Assembly (NCBI GenBank): GCA_965644295.1
Contig: CBFFRP010000421.1
Span: forward strand, 1 to 64,000
Direction of reading: 5' to 3'
Source: Paraphysomonas bandaiensis
Taxonomy: Eukaryota > Protista > Chrysophyceae
DNA length: 64,000 nucleotides
The position numbers and the translations under genes were made by a program. How positions within the stretch are numbered: the stretch's first letter is position 1; each line of letters begins with the position of its first letter. Below, in pieces: positions 51,748 through 64,000 of the stretch. Under the pieces are notes generated by a model. That model was given only the letters and a program-made list of their open reading frames with translations. It ran no database searches and had not been told where the DNA came from.

Positions 51748-54637
51748 ATGAACGTTGACAATATTCTGAATATTGAGGTATTGCTATTTATACAGTGGTA
51801 ACATACACTCATGATTATCTGTATAGAAAAGGACTGGTATCAGTAACAGTGATATCGATGACTTTGTTAGTAAAGCAAGTGCTGTTGAAGAGGCTGTGAA
51901 AGCTTTACGTGAAGGAAAAGTAGCCCCTGAAGATGTTAAAGTTGAAGGAATAGAAACTGAAGAAGAAAAAAAAGAAAAAGAAGTAAATTATATATAAATA
52001 TATATGTATATATATTCACATATTTAACAGTTGAAGAGACTCAAAAGAAGAGAAGAATTAAAGAGAGAAGAAGAAGCATTGCGTCTTAAAAGAAAACAGG
52101 AAGAAAAGGAGAGATGGTGGGCTGGTGCAGAGATGTATGCTGCTCGTAAAGATGATGAAGAGAATGCTGATGATGAGACGGATGAAGGAACAGTACATTC
52201 GAGAAGTATGGCACGATATTCCGCAGATTATTCGCGATGGGAGCAGTGGACTCCCAATGATCCGGCTACTCTCCAGGAGGTGTGTTTGTGTATGCTCTCT
52301 GAAACTCTCTTGTCCTTGTTAACGCATTTATGTTGTTTCGAGTAGAGGCAAGAAGAGGAGGCAGCTGCTGATGAAGCTCGTAATAAAGAGTTCGAGAACA
52401 GTAATCCGGAATTCTGTAAACAGTTTCTAGAAGATATGGAAGCTCGTAAGAAGGCTTCAGAGAAAAAGCTGCAAAGCGCTAACGCCTTGAAACTCAAAGG
52501 GAACAAGTACTTCAAGGCGAAAAAGTACACTGAAGCCCTCACACACTACATGGACGCCCTCAAGCAAGCGCCTTACGACGGTGTGGCCGTGCTTACTAAT
52601 ATCGCCCAGGCCAATATTAAGCTCCAGAATTATGAAGATGCTGTAGAATTTCTTAACCGTGCGCTGTACCTTCAACCGGATAATGTCAAGGTAATTTTTT
52701 CGGTTTGCTGCCATTGCATTAGTAAGTTGTGTCTGCAGGCATTGTCCCGCAAAGCTTTCGTGCTTGGGGAACTGGTAGGCGGGGAAGAAAACATTCAAGA
52801 AGCTCTGCGGTGCGCTGAGAGGGCCCATAAAGTTGATCCGTCTTGTGGTGAAGTGGAAGCACAGTTCAAGGACCTGACGATTGCCTTAGGTGACATCAAG
52901 AGTGAGAAGGAAGTGAGGGCATTGGCGGATGCACCCGAAAGAAAGAAGGTGGCAGATATACACAACACTTTGATTCAAGGTGAGGGGGATGATAAGGCTA
53001 TGGCTGGAGCTCTACAACAACTAGCAGAGGTGGCGACTCTTTCTTCCACAGGAGCAGCACCTGGCCTAGCAGTGATTGATACTCTACAACTACTGCTTCA
53101 GAGAGACGATCAAAACGAAAAGGTAAATGAAGGACTTGACAAGGCCGTTTTAGATAGTGCGATGGATGTGCTACGGGAGGATAGAGCTGCTAGAGTATAT
53201 CTGCGCACAAGCGGAACTCTTGCTGTACTTGTGGAAAAGATAAAGTCTCTCCTTACTTTGAATGATACCACTGGTGAAGAAGCTAAAAGTCATCTGTCAT
53301 TGGGCTCGTTGCTGCAGATGTTGGCCACAGCTGTGAGCGGAGAGAGGCCGTCTAAGATAGTGGTTATGGATGATCCTGTCGTACTTTCTTCCGTGAAATC
53401 CCTTTTGGGGATGGAGTCTACGCCGGTTGACACCTTATATGGATGCATAAGTCTAATCGCCTCTGGCATTGAGGACACTTTCTTGAAGATGAGATCACTA
53501 CTACTGAAGGACAAGTCGCTGTTATTAAACCTAGGCGCTGCCTACTGTCACCTAAACGATATATTGACTTCCAGACGATCAGTCCATTCAAAAACACCTG
53601 AAGCCGTCAAGGCTTGTTGTGCAGTGATTAGAGATTTGTGTTTCTCGCAAGAGGGAAAGCAGCAGATGTCGTCCGTGTCTTCGCCCATTGTTTCTATTCT
53701 TGGATCCTCTCTCATCTCACATGTTAAGAAGCCCATGGCTCAGAGCACCGAACTTCTTGAAATAACTTTGGAGACATTGCTGGGATGTTCTCAGAGTGAA
53801 GTGCTCAGAGGTGCTTTCGCGGACCACCTCGTAACCACAGGAGATTCTGAGCTGACTACTGTTCATGCAATACTCCGCCTGACTATCAAGCACAAATGGT
53901 CGATTCCAAATGGACTTGCAGTTCTTATGAACGTTACTATTCAGGATGCGCCAGAAATGCGCCGACTGGTATATGACGCTGGCGGGATGGATGTCGTCAT
54001 GAATGTACTGCAAGCTCATGACGGTGCTGATGTTAGCGAGTATTCACGGGTTCGCGCTGCTGGTTTATTGTCTCGCATGACTGGGATAGACGAGGTGCAA
54101 GGTGTACTGAGATCCGCATCAACGTATCGTATGTTGTGTAACAGGCTCTGTAAAAACTGTGAGTTGACAGGCGACAAGGTAGAGAAATGGGTCATTGACG
54201 AACGAGCTCAGTTAGTTCGTGTTCTAGCTTCTGTTACCAATCCTCCCAAGGAATGTATTCGCGAGGGGGCGAATGCTGGGATCGTCCGGTCGCTTTTGAG
54301 CTGTCTCCCAATGCCAAGGAAGGAACTTCACCAAGTCACGCCTACATCTGTTATTCTTCCTCCTTCTGAGACGATTCAACCGGTACTACTGGGAAACATT
54401 GCACGGTGTCTGATGCCATATGCAGATGACACAGAACAAGCGGTAGAGTTGTATACAAATCAGAAGAATTATGGTGTAGAGAAGCTGATATGTATGATGG
54501 CTACATGTACAGATATGCGAGTGCGTAAGAACATAGCGATATTACTGGCAAAAGGGTGTAGAAACCCTTCTACTAGACAGCGTGTTGAGCATTTAAGAGG
54601 GCTACAGATGCTAGTTGAACTCCAGAAGCAACTGTAA
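51748..54637 (+). CDS. TTC12: TTC12-like TPR and armadillo-repeat protein, multi-exon
   Basis: N-terminal DIDDFVSKASAVEEAVKAL; TPRs ANALKLKGNKYFKAKKYTEAL...; long ARM region ending VRKNIAILLAK...LRGLQML. Confidence 0.75.
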
Positions 54638-55892
54638 ATAATTTAGTATGCGGTAAATGTTGTTTACCGTTATATTCAACTTTATATTTGAAGCGATTAC
54701 GTATTCGAATTTGCTCTATAGTGTTTGAAAATTGACCATACCTATTCATATGATGTGTCTTCCGCTCTAAATCATATGTCGATCTCTCTCTAGTAAACTC
54801 AAGCAGTGATTTATTAAATAATAGCATGAGATAATTTAGACGCAGTGTGTTTTGTTATTCTTCTACACATTATATTCCAGAATCCAGAACTATGCAATCA
54901 TTCTACAAAAAGAAGACAAGCACATATCTGTAACTGCTGTTGCTTTATTGAAATGCAACCAACCCCTACATTCATATTAATAGCTTCAGTAAAAGCATAG
55001 CGAGGACCTTTGAGTGCACAGCTTTAATGCATATGGCTCCATTTTAATTAATCCATAAAATAATTCCATTTTATAAATTATTAAATTATTCCATGTTATA
55101 TATTATTAAATTATTCCATTTTATTGTTTCTATATTATGGATTATGGTAGAACGTCCACAAGCCCGAGCGCAGTGCGACCAGGGAAGAGAATCTTTAGAT
55201 CCGGAGGGAGCCTGGCTTCTATGGTTTTTCATTTTAATTTATCTATAAAATCTATATCTTTTTTAAATAAATCCCTAAATAATTTTTTTTATTAATTTGA
55301 TAATTTGGCATTGGCATTTTAAATAAAACTATAAGAACTAAAAATACAATTAGAGATTAAAGAAATCATACAATATAATGTCATGCCAAAAATGCCATTT
55401 ACTTCATCACTACCAATAGCAGTAGCGTGTATATATTCCATCGCTACACTATGTGCGCATACTATAAACCTACTAGCTGCTGCACCAACACTATCAATAC
55501 GAATCATCTCTTCAAATACTATTGCAATCTGAAATGGTTTAAAGAATAATTTTTCACTTTTAATTTATTTAAATTTAAAACGCAATTAAAAACACTTAAA
55601 GATAATTTGATATATTATTATAAACGACTAGAATTTAATGAACTCAGGCATGATTGACGAGACTGACTATCGCGATTTGGTCGACATTCTACCATTATGA
55701 ATAAATCAATATACATACTACTACATTATATATGTACTATATTGCCGCATTTTTATTGCGAAATTCATAGTTTCTAGCGAGTACATTGTTACGCACTTAA
55801 TTAGTAATTAGTACTACTAGAGTAGGGCGTATAAGTAGTTAGATATGTAACCACGTGTAACATGTTACATGTTGTTATAAGAGGTTATATTG

Positions 55893-56753
55893 TTATCCCC
55901 ATTTTGTCTTAAAAAATGCTTTTTTTGACCTGATTTGGGCTCAACAGGGCGCTCATATCACCACCGGGCAAATATAGACATTCAACTTCAATGTTCGGTT
56001 CAACAGAAGCTCACTTCTATCTTCATTATATGATAATGACAGTCGTATGTATGTGATTTCATTATAGTACACTATTATAGAGAAACCACAATCATGAGCG
56101 AAACACCAAGAGCAGATCATCTAACTCCAAGTTATATTCCATCCTTCGACTGCTGTATAAGATCACAACGATGTCAGTGCAAGTGATCTGTCTTCATATC
56201 CAGGACTTCAAAACAACTTCAAGAACATTACAGGAGAGTTTAAGTACCATATCTGATGCTATATAGGTGGTTAGGAGCAGTGGCACCCAGTTCTTTCAGG
56301 GTTTGAGCCATATCGTGCTTCTCAGGATATTGTGTGTTTCGTATCATACACACATCATTCGATCAGGTGCACTTGCAGAGGTAAAGCCTGCTGTATATAA
56401 GTGTGATGATGATGCTAATTAAGGAAATAAGAAGCCTCTCTCTCACCTTCAACTGTTTACATTTATCATCACACTTACAGTATACATATCATTGATTTGA
56501 AACTATATGAGTTCTCATTTGTGTTATTAATGTTAATCAAGGAACATCTATTTCTTTATACAGCAAGCATGCTACAAATAGCTATACAATCTAATATTAA
56601 CTTTTCAACGTCATGAGGATAAGCTACAATTTAGCGTAGGGATAAGGAGTATCGTCCCTTGTCTAAATTTTAAAACTCGGACTTTTCGCCCTCGTTTCAA
56701 AATTTTGAGCGCGGGACGATATAGCCTCCTTATTGCACATGGTTAAATATAAC
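55893..56753. repeat. ~860-bp dispersed repeat, copy 1
   Basis: Colinear, near-identical direct copy at 62404-63265; subterminal palindrome at 56650-56721; flanked by TATATTG on both sides. Confidence 0.93.
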
Positions 56754-57146
56754 TATATTGATTTGTAGATTGGTAGTACTAACGACAATTAATGCAAGGA
56801 GAAATGTTTATCACAATTTAAAATACTGAGAGTATTTAAAACACACACAACACGACGACGAAATATTTATTAATGATGCTGTCCCATTTTGAGTGCGTGG
56901 CCATAGTGTAGGCTCGCTTGTACACCATATATAACACCGAGAGTTTGCGCTGATTCTACCGCCCGCCTACCCATGTACCAACGTAGCTGATTTATTTGAG
57001 TATATTAACAAAGTATCAAATATAGACACTTTTACATGTAGACAACAGTCGGAAATGAAAACGCTGCGAGGTCTAACACTAATACAAGGAATTTCGGACC
57101 ACACGCCCATTCAACGAAATTCGTGGACTATTATATTCACACAGTG

Positions 57147-59631
57147 TTATAAAATTCCAGTAACATCAAAATCCCAAAGCTCTAAAGACTTGCGACAAAC
57201 ATCAAAATTTGGAGACGTTTGCGAGTTGAAACCGGGAACATCTATACATGGATCGATGCGCTCAACAACATTCAAAAGAACTTCGTCCATGCTTTGGCAT
57301 GATTCGAAGCTCGAGCTACTGAATATTTCGTCAACTATCGTTCGAAATAACCATGGATTTAAAAAACTGTTCAACGTTTTCATGGAATCTGCCTCCACAT
57401 ATCCACTGTACACTTCGGCGGTGTGCAATACATATCCAATATGACAAATAACGACTTCTACTATTGACCACATAACACACATATCTATTCCGCATTCATC
57501 TACACTGTGATACCTTCTATTCTGGTATGAAGCATTGTTTGATATGAAGGGACAGTCTTTGTACACCAGCATACCGGCAAAGCCAGTTACAATTGCGCAG
57601 CATGCGCGAGAAAAAGGGCGAAAACTACACGAAGGATACACCAGAGATCCGATGTGACACAACACACTTAAAGAAATTTTCACAATTGAATATTCCATAC
57701 ATTGACTCTCACTTGAGGAAGCAATTGAGCATGGTTCGAGCATATATCTGCAGGCTTGAATAAATCGCGGTCTAGAACACTGCGGAAAATCATCATCCAA
57801 CTTCAGTTCCTTCGCCTCAAACTTCGGTACTGACACATGGGTCTCGACTGGTTCCCCGGTGGAGAATAAAACTTCACGTATGACTCCTTCTCTACAGTCG
57901 AAATATCCCAGCAACAAGGCGTACACGCGAGATCGGAGACTCCTCAGAGCGGCGTACACAGAACAAGATGGAGTTATATCAGAGTCTTCAAAGGAAATAT
58001 CAATAGCATTTTCACAAAGCGATACTCTAGGGAGGTAAATACGGTGACGAATTACCAGGCGCAAGTCCCATGGGAGGTTGTTATCTCCCATGCTGTTTGA
58101 TATTTTTTTCGGATAATGAGATACAAATTGAACTACCTCGGAATCATGCTGTGAATGCGACACAGAGTTGGAGTTGACAGTGTACATTGCTTCAGTAGAA
58201 CTCAAGTAAGTAGCCAAGCGTCGGCATTCAACAGCTGTATTACTGCAGCATGGACTCCACCGGGGGCCCTGATCATTTCTAACCCACTGACATAATCCCC
58301 GGCACCGACTGTTCGTCAAAGCATTCTGGATGGATTGTGTGCTAATATCCAGTAGACAAGAAATCACAGAGACGGATATGTCTGAAACGCCTGGCCATAG
58401 TCGGTAAACGTCCGTGAGAAGCCGATGTGCAGCCTGCATGATTTCAATTAAAACAATATACTACAGTTCACTACAACGCTCCACTGAGGTACGACGGAAA
58501 TTACCTTCAGTGTATCAGGTGATGTCATTACATAGTCATTGTCAGCACAGCTACTTGGCCCATACTGCTGCAACACACTAAGCGCAGCCTCAATGTCACA
58601 ATCGATGTGCGCATCTTCTTGACAAGATTCTACTCCACTGTCGGCTTCATCATATATATCGTCCTGGTAGTGGCACTCTTTTGTGTCAATTTCACACTTC
58701 CTTTTCTTCTTCTGTTTCTTTTTCTTCTTTCGTGCTGAAGACTTCTGCTGGCGAGCACCACTATTGTTAACATTTCTAGAATGCACCAAGAGTAATGCGT
58801 GAATTCTCTCAAGTATTGGTGCAGGCGTTGTGTCATGACCCAATAGTGCGGACAACAGCCACATATGCTGTAAGTTTACATATTAAGGTAACATCGGTTA
58901 TGCTACATACAATAGTAGTTACATAGCAGTACCTGAGGAAGAACTCCAGTTGATCGCGATAGTCTGACACGGTCGACAACATGTGCAGAAATTCCAGAAC
59001 AAGCAGAGTACTCCAATGTCCACAAAGGAATTAGCCCTACACCTATCTCTTCAGACCTACCTGAGCTTCTACTGTAATTATAGGCTAGTAAATCTGAATC
59101 ATTACTAAGTATTGCAACAGCCCCAACAGAATTTGCAACTGAAATAATATCTCTATCTGCTTCTCCATAGGCTCGAAGCAATGTATGTGTGTCGCTTTCA
59201 TTTCCACCACCTGGTTGGAAAGAAAGAATAGCCATTGAAATGCACTCAACACTGAGCAATGGAGGCGGAACAGAAGATGCATACGAATATGGTTTCGATT
59301 CCAGTGTTGATCGAAGAACATCACACTGATTCTGAAGACGAGAAAGCTTAACACTGAGTCTGTTAGAGTCAGTGGGCCCATCAAACACAAACACTAAACG
59401 GATCTTAAGTCCGTTACATATTTCAAGAAACTCATTCACTGCTCTATGAATAAGAGTGTAGTCAGATAAGATATAGGGGCATGGACCGAGATATCTACTA
59501 CATAACCAGTGAGTATATGCGTTCCCGTCCACTACTATCACTGCTACACTATCAGACGAGTCTCGTGTGAAAAAAGAGGACACTGAGGACATGTTATGCT
59601 TGATGAAGGTCATCAGACCTCGAATTCCCAT
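57147..59631 (-). CDS. Asteroid/XPG-like PIN-domain nuclease family protein, 3 exons
   Basis: MGIRGL, VIVVDGN, VFVFDG, GEAD and ILSNDSD acidic PIN motifs; LLGHD helix-turn-helix motif. Confidence 0.82.
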
Positions 59632-59825
59632 TGTGGTTACTTGTGGGTTGATATGATGAGAGAGAACGACACTGTGCCTCTATGAGTGCATGTCTAGATG
59701 GTGTAAGCAACACTGCGCTGTACACTGCTGTACATGGATGAGGATAGAAGTGATACATACACCCACACACAACACTCCTCGTTCATTGGCTAATGACACA
59801 TACACTTCGCCTACCTGCAGTACCT

Positions 59826-60165
59826 ATACATACATCCATGCGTACATACATACATACATACATACATACATACATACATACATACATACATACATACATA
59901 CATACATACATACATACATACATACATACATACATACATACATACATACATACATACATACATACATACATACATACATACATACATACATACATACATA
60001 CATACGTACATACATACATACATACATACATACATACATACATACATACATACATACATACATACATACATACATACATACATACATACATACATACATA
60101 CATACATACATACATACATACATACATACATACATACAGGTACATACAGGTACATACAGGTACAG
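59826..60165. repeat. (CATA)n array with a TACAGGTACA variant tail, between divergent PIN-nuclease and glycosyltransferase genes
   Basis: Near-perfect repeat over ~59843-60138. Confidence 0.98.
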
Positions 60166-60182
60166 CAGGGTATCTTAAGGAT

Positions 60183-62022
60183 ATGTATGTATTGTGGTAT
60201 GCTCTTCAAATGTATTCTATTATAATCACAGTCCTAATATCACTCCTATCAGACGCCTCCCCTCCCAACCCCTTCCCCTCTTGTTCCTCTGTGCCTCTAC
60301 CATCATCTAGTCTATACACAGGGTTCCCTGCCCCCTCTAATACACTCAGATGGAAACACGCTCAGTCTCTTGCTTGTCGAGGAGATCACATCTTACTCTC
60401 ACATGTCATGCGGAAGATCTCGCATCCACATGAAGTTCTTACAGCTGATCGTTCCTTCAGATGGACTCATCGGATAGCAGATGTACTCATGACAGCGGAC
60501 ACAAGTATGCGTGTGTTCGATACATACAGAGAGAAGAGGGCGCCTATAGTACACTTCGGTGAGTATACATTTGAAAAAGAGAACTATGAAGGAAAGATTT
60601 TGTCATGGAACAGATATAGAGAGCTTGATGATCCTGAACGTTTTGTGCCAGTTAAGTACGTGGGGATTGGAGGGATGGATGAAAACTGGGGATGGTTAAG
60701 TACATACATACTAAATCGCACTGTGAATTGGAGTTTAAATCTCTATGGATTTGAAAAGACAACTCTTAGTTCCCAGGAGATCTCCCAGAGTTTTTTAGAT
60801 GACCCGAACTTACTGATGCTTCTCGTCAATCAACATTCCAATGTAGGTGTGGTTGACCTGCTGTTATTGTCATCTAATACATTTAAATTAGATATCTCAC
60901 CCTAAAGTTCTTAGTATGCCACTTGGAGTGCCATCTCCAGGTTTGATTTTTAGTATCGCCCGACGACTTCTGAACCGAACAGTATCAAATACTGAATTCT
61001 TTGATACATCTCGAAGCAGGTCAACGATTGAAACTCTGCACTGATATATACTCTAAATATCCCACATAGTAAAGACAAACTTCTCTTGACAATTGGATCT
61101 AACTACGGTGTTCGCCCCGCCATTCGGCAATGCGTGAAGCAAAATATGGGTAATGAAACCGCATCAGACCATTACACGAACTTAGTACGTACACATCTAT
61201 AGGGGAGCATCTGACCGTATTCACAAAGAGAGTAAGTCCAGGCGACTTCTACTGGCATATAGCCCACTCTATGGCTGTACTGGGCTTACCAGGATTGGGA
61301 TATGATACGTACAGGATATGGGAAACGCTATTGTTGGGGTAAGTTTTCGGTGTTTAACTACACTCCGTGTTCGATTTTGTTTCTACTCTCTAAGTTCAAG
61401 AACTAGATCGATTCCTGTGATAGAACGGGGAGTTGGTTTGGACAGAACACTATATCGTCTACCGGTAAGTGCGAACGTATTCTTTATTCTGCAGAAATTT
61501 GCGTATATATATAAACCTCTTGGTACTAAGTGTGATGGAATAGTAATGTGTTGACTGAGACTGCGTGCTAAATACAACTTATTCTTAATGGCACTATTCA
61601 TTATAGCTCTTATTGTAGGCTTTGATTGTGGACGACTTTGCAGATGTGACACCAGAGTTAGTACGTACAGCATATATTGAGGCGTTGTACTGGGCAGATG
61701 AGTGGGAGTACGACCGCCTTAAATTCACTTTTTGGAAAGATGTAGTAACGAATGTAAGTGCCAGTGTAAATGCGGACTATCTGATGGAGCGGTTTCCCCG
61801 GCTTACAGGTATGCTACAAGCTGTAATGTTAATTTTCTTACGAAGATAATTTGTGTAAACGCAGTTGATTTCAACTTCACTCGACCACAATTCCCTTTCG
61901 ACTGTGTAAAGATGGGAGGGTGCTGTGATAGTCCACGGAAACGAATACCGAAGCAGTACTGTGCTATTGACACTAATACTGACTGGAATACTTATGAAAT
62001 ACAGTCCGACGTAAATATTTAG
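60183..62022 (+). CDS. Exostosin (GT47)-like glycosyltransferase, multi-exon
   Basis: Hydrophobic N-terminus; spliced LGLPGLGYDTYRIWETLLLGSIPVIE...LPALIVDDFADVT, matching the GT47-type P.G.G.D..R.WE.L.LG.IP motif. Confidence 0.65.
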
Positions 62023-62403
62023 CCTGTAGTTGAGTCCTATCGTTACACGAGTGAGTGTAATGGTATCATATTCACATCTTGCTTTATTTAATGGAATGTG
62101 GGCAAGTAGAGTATCGTTTTAGGTAACAAGTACAGAACGAGAATCTGAAATTAAAAACGCCAGGACACACCCTCTCCCACGGCGGCAATAGGGAAAGTTT
62201 TCTCCTTTATAGCTGGTGTGGTTTGTCGGTTGGTGTGGGCGTGACGCCATACGGTGTCGTATCAACTGTTCATTCTGTTGCGGAATTAGTCAGGGATTCA
62301 CAGAAGGCGATTGAGTCTGTCGCCGTCAGCAGTAAATCACTCTATTTTATACTGCTTCCCATCTTAGTTTATAAAAAGTCTTTCAATCTAAATCATTAAT
62401 ATA

Positions 62404-63265
62404 TTATCCCCATTTTGTCTTAAAAATGCTTTTTTTTGACTTGATTTTGTCTCAACAGGGCGCTCAGCATATCAGCACCGGGTAAATATAGACATTCAAC
62501 TTCAATGTTCGGTTCAACAGAAGCTCACTTCTATCTTCGTTATGATAATGACAGTCGTATGTATGTGATTTCATTATAGTACACTATTATAGAGAAACCA
62601 CAATCATGAGCGAAACACCAAGAGCAGATAATCTAACTCCAAGTTATATTCCATCCTTCGACTGCTGTATAAGATCACAACGATGTCAGTGCAAGTGATC
62701 TGTCTTCATATCCAGGACTTCGAAACAACTTCAAGAACACTACAGGAGAGTTTAAGTACCATATCTGATGCTATATAGGTGGTTAGGAGCAGTGGCACCC
62801 AGTTCTTTCAGGGTTTGATCCATATCGTGCTTTTCAAGATGTTGTGTGTCTCATATCATACACACATCATTCGATCAGGTGCACTTGCAGAGGTAAAGCC
62901 TGCTGTATATAAATGTGATGATGATGCTAATTAAGGAAATAAGAAGCCTCTCTTTCACCTTCAACTGTTCACATTTATCATCACACTTACAGTATACATA
63001 TCATTGATTTGAAACTATATGAGTTCTCATTTGTGTTCTTAATGTTAATCAGGGAACATCTATTTCTTTATACAGCAAGCATGCTACAAATAGCTATACA
63101 ATCTAATATTAACTTTTCAACGTCATGAGGATAAGCTACAATTTAGCCTAGGGATATGGAGTATCGTCCCATGTCTAAATTTTAAAACTCGGGCTTTTCG
63201 CCCTCGTTTCAAAATTTTGAGCGCGGGACGATATAGCCTCCTTATTGCACATGGTTAAATATAAC
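62404..63265. repeat. ~860-bp dispersed repeat, copy 2
   Basis: Direct copy of 55893-56753 with scattered substitutions and small indels; palindrome at 63162-63233. Confidence 0.93.
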
Positions 63266-63393
63266 TCTATATACCAAAAATAGTGTGACTAGGAAACAGT
63301 GAGGTCAAATGTCTATATTCTCTTGGTGCTAATAAGAGCGCTCTGTGGGATAATTTCAGTGAATTACAATTTACAAAAAAACGTACATTCCAA

Positions 63394-63610
63394 TGAAAAC
63401 TACAGTACTAACTATATAACATCCGAGCGCACACAGCCATATACTGGTGATAATTCTTATAGTTCTGTAGATATAGAAAATACATGAAAAAACTACAAGA
63501 TCAAATATGAAATATACGACACACAGCCATAAACTGGTGGTAACTTTTATAGTTCTGTAGGTGTAGAGAATAAATGAAAAAACTACAATTTTGAAATCTG
63601 AAATATACAT
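63394..63610. repeat. Degenerate tandem repeat, 90-bp period, ~2.3 copies
   Basis: ACACAGCCATA at 63431 and 63521, with matching TTATAGTTCTGTAG and TGAAAAAACTACA blocks at the same offset. Confidence 0.8.
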
Positions 63611-64000
63611 TGACAGGTGTAATACACAGTGAAATGTTCGCAGATACAAAACTGAAAAACAAGTGAAAAAAAACTAGGAAATTTCGCCATGGTCAGGGCA
63701 AATAAATAAACGAACTTTAAATCATACATACATACCATTTGATGATCATACACACAGTTATTGGACTTTTTCCTGTTTCAAACCAATAAGTGTATGCTTT
63801 GTTGAAGTGAAACCACAGCGATGCGTAAAATATAAAAAACTAGAACATTTCCGGGTCAAGACCAACTTTGTTGTTGCAATTGATACGTTGAAAAAAATTC
63901 CTGCATACGTCACTCATAGATGTAAGAAGATGCCATATTCTCGCTCGGCGCTGTACTATATCTAGCATAGAGTCTAGCTCAAGTAGAGTCGCATCTAGAA

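Noticed and set aside
62290-62320. Minus-strand ATCGCCTTCT resembling the U2 snRNA 5' end
   Set aside because: No GTGTAGTA branch-point pairing region or Sm site follows.
55893-63265. Direct repeats read as the LTR pair of a retroelement
   Set aside because: No TG...CA ends, PBS, PPT or gag/pol; the interior holds intron-containing cellular genes.
63394-63610. Spaced repeats as a CRISPR-like array
   Set aside because: The whole 90-bp unit is duplicated, there are no unique spacers, and the context is eukaryotic with no cas genes.

Overview
Eukaryotic genomic DNA with many short GT-AG introns. It is most consistent with a flagellated stramenopile, probably an ochrophyte (inferred from the RPS26 sequence and the oomycete/stramenopile-type hAT relics). 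The window opens in a Ty1/copia retrotransposon (pol, PPT, probable 3' LTR) and then carries about 15 spliced genes: RAPTOR, a soluble-adenylyl-cyclase-like STAND NTPase, RPS26, a J-domain/CAP-Gly protein, a WDR81-like BEACH protein, VPS37, an LRR/EF-hand protein, a DUF273-like glycosyltransferase, a UBAP2L/Def1-like protein, a lipid-anchor MOB protein, SMARCC/SWI3, VPS20, TTC12, an Asteroid-like PIN nuclease and an exostosin-like glycosyltransferase. The most striking pattern is architectural. Most genes form head-to-head pairs, and all five long (TATG/CATA)n arrays sit within about 45-200 bp of a start codon, four of them inside divergent promoters; none lies in an intron or a convergent spacer. 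Transposon debris (hAT relics, two hAT MITEs with exact 8-bp TSDs, two ~860-bp palindrome-ended repeats) lies downstream of gene 3' ends, mostly in tail-to-tail spacers. Gene spans and exon joins were read by eye; no database searches were run.
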